IMG/VR virus record: IMGVR_UViG_3300035438_001058
Span: 1 to 64,000 of that record
Source: a virus
DNA length: 64,000 bases
Reading direction: 5' to 3' (one strand)
A program made the translations under genes and the position numbers. The notes under the pieces are model-generated. The model was given only the letters and a program-made list of their open reading frames with translations, ran no database searches and had not been told where the DNA came from. Positions 23,099-32,585 of this stretch are shown here, piece after piece (within the stretch, counting starts at the first letter, position 1; each line of letters starts with the position of its first letter).

Positions 23099-24207
23099 GA
23101 TTTAGAGGGTAATGTGATGGCATCTTTGGTCCACCCTTGAAGAGTCTCCCTAATTTGCACCTGTAGCTGGGGTTTAGTGATCCCCTTGTGTGTAGCAGGT
23201 TTACCAGACTCTAAGGTCTTGATACCCATGTTAATCTCCACTATGCCAGCAAAAGCTTTTGTCTTTGCTGCATCATCCATTTTGATGTAGTAAGGAAGAA
23301 TTTTATCCATCCAGACTTGTGGTTTGTCTATCCCTAGAAATTCTAAGGCAGTTGTTATCTGGTCTGTGGCCTTCTTGTTCACCTTTTTCGGATCATTGTC
23401 CTTTTTCTCATCGTCTTTCTTGTCCTCGTCCTTCTTATCTTCTTTCTTATCTTCTTTTTTCTCTTCTTTCTTCTCAGCTGGAACGTCAAACATATCTGTG
23501 TTCAATGCGTGCTGAATTCCCTCTTTTGTTAAGGACAATTTAAGGGCAAGAACGACCTCATAAATTGTCAGAAGCAAGTGAAATGTTGTTATAATGACGC
23601 TACTCATCATAGCGCTATGAAGATTAGCAAAAGGAGAGAAAGTAGGTGGATACCTATTCTCTGCTATTACAGCCGTCAAGAAGGAAGGATGTAAAAATCC
23701 CATCTTCACCTTCATCATTACCCAGAAGCATTCTAATTGACCTGTGTTATGCACAGCGTTGGCCATAGCTAACATATTTACTATTGGAGCGCCGACAGCA
23801 AAGATGAAGGATATTAGAATAATTACTAGGATAGTAGAGCCTAAACCCATTCGCACCCCTATTGGTCTTGGTATAACAAATACGGAAACAAACTCGCCAA
23901 TAGCTTTTGCTAAGCCAAAAGCACCGACAGTACTGATAGCCGCTGCAATTAGGTGAACTGACATTCGCACCGTTACATTTGTCTTTTCGTCTTGCACTGA
24001 ACCTAGTAGTGCTGCTTCTGCTATCAACGCAGATAGTTGTAAACCTATTAGATAGGTAAAGTTGTACTTGATAATTGCTCTAGCTAAAAGAGCTGCAGGT
24101 TCTAATCCCTTTAATTTGGGATCTTTTTGTGCTTGTTTGTACAGGTAATAGGTCAAAAGACCTACGCAAACGAAGAAGGCGACAAATACTATCGTGCTCT
24201 CTATCAT
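23089..24207 (-). CDS. Multi-pass membrane protein with a K/E/D-rich linker
   Basis: About five hydrophobic segments followed by EKKEEKKEDKKEDKKDEDKKDD. Confidence 0.75.
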   Translation of the reverse strand: MIESTIVFVAFFVCVGLLTYYLYKQAQKDPKLKGLEPAALLARAIIKYNFTYLIGLQLSALIAEAALLGSVQDEKTNVTVRMSVHLIAAAISTVGAFGLAKAIGEFVSVFVIPRPIGVRMGLGSTILVIILISFIFAVGAPIVNMLAMANAVHNTGQLECFWVMMKVKMGFLHPSFLTAVIAENRYPPTFSPFANLHSAMMSSVIITTFHLLLTIYEVVLALKLSLTKEGIQHALNTDMFDVPAEKKEEKKEDKKEDKKDEDKKDDEKKDNDPKKVNKKATDQITTALEFLGIDKPQVWMDKILPYYIKMDDAAKTKAFAGIVEINMGIKTLESGKPATHKGITKPQLQVQIRETLQGWTKDAITLPSKSKN

Positions 24208-26099
24208 TATTTATTCCATATTTTAGTTATTACTGCTTTAGCTGGGATATCTAAATGAGTAGTGTATTCTCTAGAAGCATCTAGGCAACACTTCTCTAAT
24301 ATCTTTGCGACAGTGTGTGAGAATTCGTCGGGGCATTCGAGTATTATTTCATCATGCACGAACAGTACGATTTTAAAAGGTATTTTTTTAGCAAATTTTC
24401 TAAGGAGAACTCCAGCCCTCTTACCTATATCGGCAGCGGTTCCTTGTACTGGAATATTCTGTGCCCATCTCTGTATTTTTGAATCCCAGTAACTATAGGC
24501 GTCTCTAATAGCTGGGTGTGGATCAGTGTATGTTAATCTGCACTTCTCCATGTACTTCTTGCACTCTAAATAATCATCAAAGAATGGAACAAATGACTTT
24601 CTACCGCTAACGGGGTTACAAACTACATATCCAAAATTCTTAGCCTCTAATCCTTGGTTGGAAAAGTATGCCTCAAGTTTTGGGAAGCTATCGTAATAAC
24701 CTCTAATAAGAGATTTTGCTCTTGTTATAGGAATATCAAATTGTTCCGAAAGTTTTTTAGCTCCTCCGCCGTAAGCTATCAAGAACCCTATGGACTTGGC
24801 TATACGACGTTCTTCGCTGTCTTTGGTCAAGTTCGGATCATTAAATGCGATCTTAGCAATCTCTAGGTGAAAGTCCGTACCGCTACCGCAAGCTTTGATC
24901 ATGTTTGGGTCTCCAGACTTATCCGCTATTATCCTTGCTTCTTGGTTTGAAAAGTCAGCCACTACAAACGAGTGGCCTTCTTCTGCCATGAAAGCAGATC
25001 TATAGACGTCACCTCTTGAAATATTCTGTAAATTAGGATTAGTGGAAGATATCCTACCTGTACGCATTACCTGCATGAAGGAAGAATGTACCCTTCCAGA
25101 ATAAGGGTTGATGTGCCTTAAAAATTTGTCCCCATAAGAGACTGCCTTTTTCTTGAGCATCTTGTAATCCAAATAAGTCTTGAGTATGCTAAACTTAGCT
25201 TCCTGTTTGAGAAGCACTAGTCTCCCTACACTCTCCTTTATTTCCCCAGTCTTTTTGTCTAGAGTAAGAACATCTACCCCTATTCCTTTCAGGGCGGTTA
25301 CAGCTTGTTTAGGGCTGTCCCAATTTATATCAAATTGGGCAAGTAATTGATCATGCAAACTCTTGGCTTGCTTAGCGACTTCTTGGGCATTACTAAGCCA
25401 CCTATTCCCTTCCAGGAATATTCCGTTTAGCTCCATATCTCCCAAAACCTTAATAAACTCAAACTCGAGTTTTAAGGTACGCTTTAAGTCCAACTCTCTC
25501 GCCTTCTCGACTAATTTCTTTTTTAGTAGAGCCGTGGCTTCCACGTCCATCGCTCCATAATATATTTGTTCTAAGGTAAACGGTGCATCCCCTATAGTGG
25601 AAAAAGAAGTCCGTACCTTTTTAGTAACTGTAGGCGCGAATAGATTGCCTTGGCCGCTGTAATAGGCTCTTACATACCTAGCAACGCATTGCTCGAGTGT
25701 GAAGTGGCCTTTAGGCGCATCTTTACCGCATTCAATAATCTGAGCGGCAATCATAGTATCCCAAAGATTCTCTAATCTTATCCCATAATTACTGGCTATA
25801 ACTTGGTAGTCATACTTGAGATTATGTCCGAGTATGGGCCTATTCGAATCTTGTATGCTTCTAAGTAGGCCTTTAGGGCAATGTTCTCTAGTGTCGATAA
25901 CAACTTGTGTGCCGCCATTCCCAAGTTGGAGCATGATAACCTGACGATCAAACAAATTAGTAAAATCACCAGTAGTCTCCGTATCGAGGCAAATTTCATC
26001 TCAGTCTTTTATTAGGTCCTGAATCTGGTTAAAAGTTATTTGGGAAATATCCCCCTGTTGTATGAGCCATACCCCTGTCGTAGATTGCTGTGTAACCAC
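24207..26099 (-). CDS. polA: Family A DNA polymerase with 3'-5' exonuclease (TGA 26001-26003 read as Trp; GTG 26099 start is tentative)
   Basis: KD*DEICLDTETTG (ExoI), GHNLKYD, TGRISSTNPNLQNI, ADFSNQEARI (motif A), RRIAKSIGFLIAYG (motif B), FVHDEI (motif C). Confidence 0.92.
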
Positions 26100-26280
26100 T
26101 CTTATTTCGTTTAAAGCCCACCACTTGTAAAGTTTCCTTAATGGTAGGGGTTTTAGTTTGTTTTTCCGGTTGTAGCGGCTCTTGCGTTAAGCTTTTCGTC
26201 CGCTTTAATAGCTCGTTTGCTATGATGTTCCCGAACTGTGTTACAAGTGCGGTCATCATAACGGTAAAGAAAGTTCCCAT
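26029..26280 (-). CDS. Small hypothetical protein
   Basis: 83-aa ORF with an A-rich leader downstream of a hairpin. Confidence 0.45.
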   Translation of the reverse strand: MGTFFTVMMTALVTQFGNIIANELLKRTKSLTQEPLQPEKQTKTPTIKETLQVVGFKRNKSGYTAIYDRGMAHTTGGYFPNNF

Positions 26281-26329
26281 AATTTTAATAAAGTGGGAGG
26301 GGTTAGGGCCCCCTCCCTTTCTTTACCAC

Positions 26330-26950
26330 TTATATATTTAAGTGAATATGGTCTCCAGAAGCATTGCTATTAAAGAATACATATTTTTCGGTATTCGAGT
26401 CGCCGAGATATTTCCGAACTCGCGCAGATCCTGGTCTACCTTCTATGTACATTCTAATGTTATGTTCCCGAAGTCATTCAACTCCTTCTTTGGAAACTAA
26501 AAATGAGATTACATCTTCGTTCCATTCCAAATCCACGGCTCTACCGTGAAAATGTTGCGACTTTTTGTTGTAGCCTCTCTTTAAAGAGTTGACACGCGCA
26601 GTTGGCCCTTTGTAGGATGACAACGCATAAATTAACTCCTTGCTGACACTTGTGTCTACTGGTGTGTACAGCATGAAGCCAAAGAAGTTTCCAGTGACAC
26701 ACTCCCCCGTTCTTTTAGATTTCCACCTTTTACCTAAGTATGGGTGTGTTTCTTCTAAACGTTTTAACTTCGCATTAGTTGTGTCTTGTTGAGAAAAAAG
26801 TTTCTCAACTTTCTCCATCAAGCACTTATTCTCACTTTTTAATTCTGTATTGATAGCAAATTGTTTTTGCCAGCCAAATACAGTAATAGTTAAAAGTAAA
26901 AACATTGCTAATGCCATTAAAGGCCTGTACCACTTTTCAGTGTTATTCAT
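26330..26950 (-). CDS. Membrane-anchored M15-family Zn peptidase (endolysin-like; 206 aa with TGA 26474-26476 read as Trp)
   Basis: N-terminal TM helix and coiled coil; NSLKR...SQHFHGRAVD; after the TGA, LREHNIRMYIE...GDHIHLNI-TAA supplies the HxH Zn ligand. Confidence 0.8.
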
Positions 26951-27019
26951 AATATTCTATTAAGTGTTCATTGCCCTCTTATAAAGTGGTTGAGGGTAAT
27001 CCAGCCATCCACAAGGCTG

Positions 27020-27616
27020 TTAAATACTGTCCAGCAGAGCTCTGGGACTCTTAGGCACCATTACTGGCACCGCGTCTTCCCCGTCCCCGCCTTTAAGTAG
27101 GGTAGTAGCCATATTATATATGTCCCCTAATGTTGGTGACACTAAACCCGCTACTCTTTTCTGTCGGTTATGAAAGAACCTTTCATTTACCTCACTATCC
27201 GTTGTTGTATGTCCAAAACACATTTCACCATCTTTACGATAGACGGACCCGCCTAATACTTCAGCGAAGGTAAGGAATGCCGACATACCAATGCCTAGAA
27301 TTCCGTTCTTGCCCTTGCCTTCATCTTGTTTCTTCATATACCAACTCAAAGTCTCTACCCTAAAATACTCCAGCGCCTGATCTTGGGGTGGAATGTTTGG
27401 AGGGAGTTTAGATTCTCTCTTGAAATAAGAGATATTGGCGTTGATACCTCCAGTATCAGGGATCAATAGCACCGATTTAGGGTGATAGTGTTTCTGATCT
27501 GGTGAGATTGTGACTACTTGCCACTCCCTGTCCAGAAAGTAATTCCGGATTTCAAGTGTTCCACAATCTGCGTATGGCTGCATTATTAACAGCCGTTTCT
27601 CAATGTTGGCGTCCAT
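27020..27616 (-). CDS. Class I glutamine amidotransferase / peptidase C26-like protein, catalytic Cys apparently absent
   Basis: LLIPDTGGIN and GILGIGMSA...LGGSV align by eye with the GGxDi and ilGICRGxQ...GG motifs. Confidence 0.45.
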   Translation of the reverse strand: MDANIEKRLLIMQPYADCGTLEIRNYFLDREWQVVTISPDQKHYHPKSVLLIPDTGGINANISYFKRESKLPPNIPPQDQALEYFRVETLSWYMKKQDEGKGKNGILGIGMSAFLTFAEVLGGSVYRKDGEMCFGHTTTDSEVNERFFHNRQKRVAGLVSPTLGDIYNMATTLLKGGDGEDAVPVMVPKSPRALLDSI

Positions 27617-27869
27617 AGTATAAATGTTTTAGGTATTCTAGTATAATACCTTTTACGTGTTTCTGCGTTATTTTTTTGGCTGTACGACTTGCGAAAAAGT
27701 TGCTCGCAACTAAGTACATGGTTTCAAAGTCGCCTACGGCCCCGTGAATAAATAAATCCTTGGGAATGCTGTTGTAAATGTCCCCAATGGTTTCAAATCC
27801 GAGGCTTCTAGCGAAGAAGCCGTTCTGCCCTTTTACGAGCATCCGACTTGTTTTTTCTGTTATGATCAT
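27600..27869 (-). CDS. Hypothetical protein (TGA stop)
   Basis: 89-aa ORF in an overlapping operon. Confidence 0.55.
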   Translation of the reverse strand: MIITEKTSRMLVKGQNGFFARSLGFETIGDIYNSIPKDLFIHGAVGDFETMYLVASNFFASRTAKKITQKHVKGIILEYLKHLYYGRQH

Positions 27870-28248
27870 GCAGCTGGCCTAAAAGGCGTCTTGTGGTTAT
27901 TTGTAGCGCTCTTTTATAAGCGGTGTTTCTTTTCCTGGATTTTACCCGCACATTTAGTGTGGGGCCAGTTACAGTGACTGTATATCCAATACGTCGTGCT
28001 TCTGCAGGATATATTGGGTATATGTCTACCTGCTCACTAACTACGGTATCCAGCTGAAGTAAGTCTTTTTCCAACTGTGTTATTGTAAACGGTCTTCTGT
28101 TTACGTAGATCGTAGTCGTTTTGTCGAGTCTTTCCAGAAAACTCATCATACGATCGCTTATGCGCATTTTTTGACTGTATTTTACGGGCGAGCGATGGTG
28201 GGAATATTTCCCGTATTTGGTGTACTGTGTGGCCGTTAAAGCTTTCAT
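27808..28248 (-). CDS. Basic hypothetical protein
   Basis: 146-aa ORF in an overlapping operon. Confidence 0.5.
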   Translation of the reverse strand: MKALTATQYTKYGKYSHHRSPVKYSQKMRISDRMMSFLERLDKTTTIYVNRRPFTITQLEKDLLQLDTVVSEQVDIYPIYPAEARRIGYTVTVTGPTLNVRVKSRKRNTAYKRALQITTRRLLGQLHDHNRKNKSDARKRAERLLR

Positions 28249-28522
28249 CTCTTTCCATAAAATCTTCGAACATTACCTCAGGAGTTCTGGCAATGCCTAC
28301 TCCGTACAGGATTCCGATCTCAATTTCTGCCCTTCCTACACAATAACGTTCGTGCAGCGTGTGCATTTGTTCCTGTTTTTGAGAAATTCTTTTCAGTCTT
28401 TCTTCTCTTTTGGAACGCATTCGAGGTTCGCGGATTGTTGGTGCAGGTATGTAAAAATCTTCATCCTTGTGTTTGAAGAAGTTTACTACTCTTACATAGT
28501 CGCATTTAGCTTTAATCCTCAT
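28037..28522 (-). CDS. Hypothetical protein
   Basis: Start overlaps the upstream stop; long 3' overlap with the next ORF. Confidence 0.45.
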   Translation of the reverse strand: MRIKAKCDYVRVVNFFKHKDEDFYIPAPTIREPRMRSKREERLKRISQKQEQMHTLHERYCVGRAEIEIGILYGVGIARTPEVMFEDFMERDESFNGHTVHQIREIFPPSLARKIQSKNAHKRSYDEFSGKTRQNDYDLRKQKTVYNNTVGKRLTSAGYRS

Positions 28523-28949
28523 CTATAACCAGTTTTTTTCCTGTTACCAGGGGTTGCCGAATTTTACTTGCCTTTACTCCAAACTTACGAGCAAGGCCTA
28601 ATGCAGTGTCACCTTTTTTTATTACGTATTCCACAGGTATGGGCGTAGTTTTCTGCATACGTTTTTGCGTAGTTACAGAATAGCTCACAATTGCCCCAGA
28701 TTCCATTTTTATGTCCACGTGCACATCACTGGGCCCGGGAGCATTTTCGATCGCGCTCAAGTCAATTACGAGCCTTGTAGGCCCATCCTCGTCGCTTATT
28801 TGAACTGTTGGAGTAGTATCTAGCGCCATTCCTAAGGAATCGGTAGAAACTACGGGGGTTGGCCCGCTATAAACCTCGTCAGAACCGTCACACGATGCTA
28901 AAAGATTTATGATAATTAATAGGCCTAGAATTATATAATATTGCCTCAA
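28512..28949 (-). CDS. LysM-domain lipoprotein
   Basis: Lipoprotein signal ending LLASC; C-terminal YVIKKGDTALGLARKFGV...LVTGKKLVI. Confidence 0.8.
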   Translation of the reverse strand: MRQYYIILGLLIIINLLASCDGSDEVYSGPTPVVSTDSLGMALDTTPTVQISDEDGPTRLVIDLSAIENAPGPSDVHVDIKMESGAIVSYSVTTQKRMQKTTPIPVEYVIKKGDTALGLARKFGVKASKIRQPLVTGKKLVIDED

Positions 28950-29451
28950 AATACTGGGTTTTACTTATTTCCACAGGTTTTCTGTGAGCGGGCATAGTTT
29001 TTGCCCACAAAGATACTACTTTCGCGTGATTCTTTCGCCAAATGGGCGAAGTATTTTTTAAAAGCTCGCGCTCTTTGGGATGAAATATAGCGAAAGCATC
29101 TGTATCCATGTAGTCTACGTAGTTGATTGTTTCTAAATACTGTTTTAGTTTCGTTGGTACTAACTTCAGAACTTCAGTATTTGGTACTGAAGTTCTATCA
29201 AATGCTGCGTGCGGGACGGTTAACTCAGGTACACCTTTATTTATAAGCTGGGCGATTGACTGAATTGTCTTTTCTTCTAGCCCAAGTATGTAATACGGTC
29301 TGATTAATGGTGAGGTGCTAACTAGTTTTAGCACTAAATGCCTTTTCTTATGCAACTCAAAACCATAATCCAACAATGCTGCCTTAGCACTAAAATGCTT
29401 AATAAATACATTTCCTGTACTACTATCATGCTCTATCGTTATTTTTGTCAT
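28888..29451 (-). CDS. Hypothetical protein (TGA stop)
   Basis: ORF 28888..29553; the likely start is ATG 29451 (MTKITIEH). Confidence 0.55.
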   Translation of the reverse strand: MTKITIEHDSSTGNVFIKHFSAKAALLDYGFELHKKRHLVLKLVSTSPLIRPYYILGLEEKTIQSIAQLINKGVPELTVPHAAFDRTSVPNTEVLKLVPTKLKQYLETINYVDYMDTDAFAIFHPKERELLKNTSPIWRKNHAKVVSLWAKTMPAHRKPVEISKTQYFEAILYNSRPINYHKSFSIV

Positions 29452-30055
29452 AAGTCTTGTCTTTCGTTTCCATCTTACTAGGAGCATCCATAAATAAGGT
29501 TGCGGGGTAAGATATAAGTGACCCATCAGGGAATACCACAACAAAGTAGACATCCTCTATTTTTTTAAAGAAGACACGTGTGGATATTACTTCCTTATGA
29601 AATATACCTTGATTTGAGTCATATATAGAATGCAAACTACCAGTTGCCACTATTTTCGCACCTTTCATGGAGTCTAAATAGGTTCTGAGCGACTGATAGT
29701 CCCACGTTATGGAGATGCAAGTCTTTGGGTCGTTGTTGTCTAGAGGAGTCAATGTGTACACTCCATTGTACGCAAAAAATGGATCGTATTTTATACGGCA
29801 TTTTGTGGACGTACGTCTGTGAGTGCACAGATTGTCTTGGCTTAGCCCTGTTATCAGATCTTTATGATCAAAAGGCAAATTTTCTGGGGGCATATACCCC
29901 TCATCTCCCAAGGGAGATATTTTTAGAGGGTAATACCCAAACGGGTAATCGCAATCCATCTTACCAGGATATGCGACTGTTACACGTTTTAATTGAAGAG
30001 AATATTTTGTAAAAATCCCCTCAATATTGATCGGATCGTTTAGCCTGTAATTCAT
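29426..30055 (-). CDS. Hypothetical protein (TGA stop)
   Basis: 209-aa ORF. Confidence 0.6.
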   Translation of the reverse strand: MNYRLNDPINIEGIFTKYSLQLKRVTVAYPGKMDCDYPFGYYPLKISPLGDEGYMPPENLPFDHKDLITGLSQDNLCTHRRTSTKCRIKYDPFFAYNGVYTLTPLDNNDPKTCISITWDYQSLRTYLDSMKGAKIVATGSLHSIYDSNQGIFHKEVISTRVFFKKIEDVYFVVVFPDGSLISYPATLFMDAPSKMETKDKTYDKNNDRA

Positions 30056-30060
30056 AGTTT

Positions 30061-30096
30061 AGGAGAGAGCCGATTTACGCGGCTCTCTCCTTTTTG
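30061..30096. terminator. Hairpin / intrinsic terminator
   Basis: AGGAGAGAGCCG / CGGCTCTCTCCT perfect 12-bp stem. Confidence 0.65.
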
Positions 30097-30097
30097 T

Positions 30098-31456
30098 TTA
30101 GTTTAGTGCTGACGCCAAAAATGTGGCAAAATCGGGATCTTTGCCCCATGAATAGACTTCCCCCAACAGGTAATCTTTGGTAGTATCTGTTGGTAAAGTC
30201 CACACTTTTGTGGGGTACATTGTCTTGAGTGTATCATACAAAGGCCGCCATTGTGTGGGGGCCAATTTGTTGATATGCAGCAAGATCTGCATACGTCCAT
30301 CTCGCAGTAGATCCTGAGACATGGACTCTTCAGTCTGTGTCGCAAGTACTATTGAGACGTTCGAAGCGTCATCCAATCCCTCAGTGGCCGACAACAATGC
30401 TTTGGTCAGTGCAGGATTAAAGCCTGCTTCGTCGATGACCACAACTACGTGTTTTCCCAACTCCGGAAGTCTAGACTTCGCGAGTGGGTTTTCCATCATG
30501 TTGATGAACTGTTGACCAGTCGCTTTAACAACAGTCAATCCAGCTTTACCAGCCATAGAAATGAACAGACGCAAAACGCTGCTCTTACCGGAAGCTGGTT
30601 CGCCGAATAGAGAAAAGCAAAATTTCTGCTTCTTCATTAGTTCCAGGACACTGTCCAAGAACTTCTGAAGTTTAACAGTCTGCTTCTTCTCCGAGGTAAT
30701 CGCTGGGTATGACAGTTGCAACGGCGGCTGCACCGCGTGCATACGAACTGCATCCCAGACAAAAGAGGAGGGGCTTTGTTCTGCATACACGTAAACTGAG
30801 GCTTTTTGTTCCTCAGTTTTTACCAGCGGCTTGTACTCTACAAATAAGTCCTTTACGTGCTTGCGCACGTCTGGAATTATTGTTATTTGACAGCCGTCTT
30901 CACAGTTTGATGGAAGGTACGCCGTTATCCGTGACAGAATGTTGACTTTTCCGTCAGAGTTTAAAGGCACCTCCTCCGCCGTGACATCACAGTTCTCTAA
31001 ACTCCACGGTGAATACTCCGCCTTTAGTATCAACGTGTTGGGACGTGGGTCCTCAAAGTCTCGCCGGGATTTTGCCAGCACCAGAAACATCGAGCTGTCC
31101 TCATAATCCGCGGTGGTCTTCCACTCTTTGGTTACATAATAACCAGAGCTTATAATCCTATCAATAAAAACGTCCGCTAAGACATTTCTAGTAGTGATGG
31201 ATATAGCTTGGTAAAATTTAGATCCATCGAGATTCTGAGCAAGAAACTCAGTGACCTTGTCGTACCCCAACAAGCTCTCCAAGCTCTCAATTCCTCTGAC
31301 GATTTTTCTAAGATTATTAGACACGCTCGCCACTTCAGCGAGGAAAGATTCACCAGTTTCCAAACCTCTGTCGGCTTGTTCTTTGGCGATGTAAGTAAGG
31401 TACATCATCCCTAGAGTTAAGGCGACGACGCAGAAACAAATAACTAACCAAGTCAT
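30098..31456 (-). CDS. Membrane-anchored AAA+ ATPase
   Basis: N-terminal TM helix; Walker A GEPASGKS, Walker B VVVIDE, SRH-like LLRDGR. Confidence 0.8.
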   Translation of the reverse strand: MTWLVICFCVVALTLGMMYLTYIAKEQADRGLETGESFLAEVASVSNNLRKIVRGIESLESLLGYDKVTEFLAQNLDGSKFYQAISITTRNVLADVFIDRIISSGYYVTKEWKTTADYEDSSMFLVLAKSRRDFEDPRPNTLILKAEYSPWSLENCDVTAEEVPLNSDGKVNILSRITAYLPSNCEDGCQITIIPDVRKHVKDLFVEYKPLVKTEEQKASVYVYAEQSPSSFVWDAVRMHAVQPPLQLSYPAITSEKKQTVKLQKFLDSVLELMKKQKFCFSLFGEPASGKSSVLRLFISMAGKAGLTVVKATGQQFINMMENPLAKSRLPELGKHVVVVIDEAGFNPALTKALLSATEGLDDASNVSIVLATQTEESMSQDLLRDGRMQILLHINKLAPTQWRPLYDTLKTMYPTKVWTLPTDTTKDYLLGEVYSWGKDPDFATFLASALN

Positions 31457-31705
31457 AGATTTTGTTTTAAAAAAATAAAGGCCCCCTCAACAAACATCTA
31501 AGCGCTTGCTTTGAGTACTAAACAATATTAACGCCCAAAATCCCGAAACTCAGCCTCCCAGCCAAGCACAGAACCAAGAACATCTACATCATAATTCCCT
31601 AAAGTCTAATTAGAAGAATAGTCGAGGAGGCCATGTTAAGGAGGAAGCGATTGCGGCAATGGTCCGCAACGGCGTACAATATATAACAAGCCCTCCAGTC
31701 GCTCG

Positions 31706-32242
31706 TCACATAGATTTTAAAATCTCTATCCTCTTCCGTAAAGAAGGGATGTATAATTTGTCTTCAGCATATCTAGCCCCTCTGAGGTGGGGGAGATCTT
31801 CAAGTAGCTTCATATACTCCTCATTGTTATGTGGAGTTCTATTCTGCACAGCTGCTAACCTCAACATCATGCTTTGGTATTCCTTGTAATCCAGAATAGA
31901 TAGAATGATGTTCTTGTAGTAAGCGTGGCCGTTTTTCTCACCAGCACAAAACCCCCTCTTATTCAATTTCATGCCAAACATATTATTGTTTTCATGAAAT
32001 ATTTTAGAGGTGCAGAAATTAGTTTCGTGCACCATTTGCGCTGTAACTACTTCAGGAAATTTAATTCCTATACGTTGCAGGTATATGCACCAGCCCTTAT
32101 AAACAAAGGCGGTGTCAATGTCAGTCGTCAATCTCTTTGGCGAGATCGTCGATGTCTCTGTGGACGCCTGAAACCAGATACGTCCCCCCAACAGGATTAC
32201 GCCTGCGAGTATTATTAGGGTTATAACCAGACAGCTTCGCAT
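31706..32242 (-). CDS. Glucosaminidase (GH73-like) lysozyme-fold protein (TGA stop)
   Basis: Signal anchor; VVTAQMVHETN, NNNMFGMK and YAEDKLY motifs. Confidence 0.8.
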   Translation of the reverse strand: MRSCLVITLIILAGVILLGGRIWFQASTETSTISPKRLTTDIDTAFVYKGWCIYLQRIGIKFPEVVTAQMVHETNFCTSKIFHENNNMFGMKLNKRGFCAGEKNGHAYYKNIILSILDYKEYQSMMLRLAAVQNRTPHNNEEYMKLLEDLPHLRGARYAEDKLYIPSLRKRIEILKSM

Positions 32243-32585
32243 GGGCGGTCACTAGTTTAGAGGCTCTGTTAAAAGCCGCGAATATTGCGGGATATCCCCA
32301 TTCAGTCCTGACTGTTGCTCTGAACGATCCGAATATTTCGGATCTTCGTTTTCCATCTTCAGTGATTGGGTTCTCAAGATTCAGCACATGGTTGACCACC
32401 GCCTTTGAATCTGCTGCTAACACGGCTTGCCGCATCCTAGCAGTGATGAAATCCCAAGTTTCCTGCTGCTGTCTCCGGTTCTTAGCCAGAAACTCAACTT
32501 GTTTAGGGCTGAACTCTACGCACATACTGACAATCAGTATGTTTTTCGTGAATTCAACGTTGAAGTGCGTGGAGTACAGTTTCAT
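32121..32585 (-). CDS. Hypothetical protein (TGA stop)
   Basis: ATGA overlap with the upstream gene. Confidence 0.55.
   Translation of the reverse strand: MKLYSTHFNVEFTKNILIVSMCVEFSPKQVEFLAKNRRQQQETWDFITARMRQAVLAADSKAVVNHVLNLENPITEDGKRRSEIFGSFRATVRTEWGYPAIFAAFNRASKLVTAHAKLSGYNPNNTRRRNPVGGTYLVSGVHRDIDDLAKEIDD

Noticed and set aside
23395-23475. Pyrimidine-rich low-complexity tract
   Set aside because: It encodes the K/E/D linker of the membrane protein.
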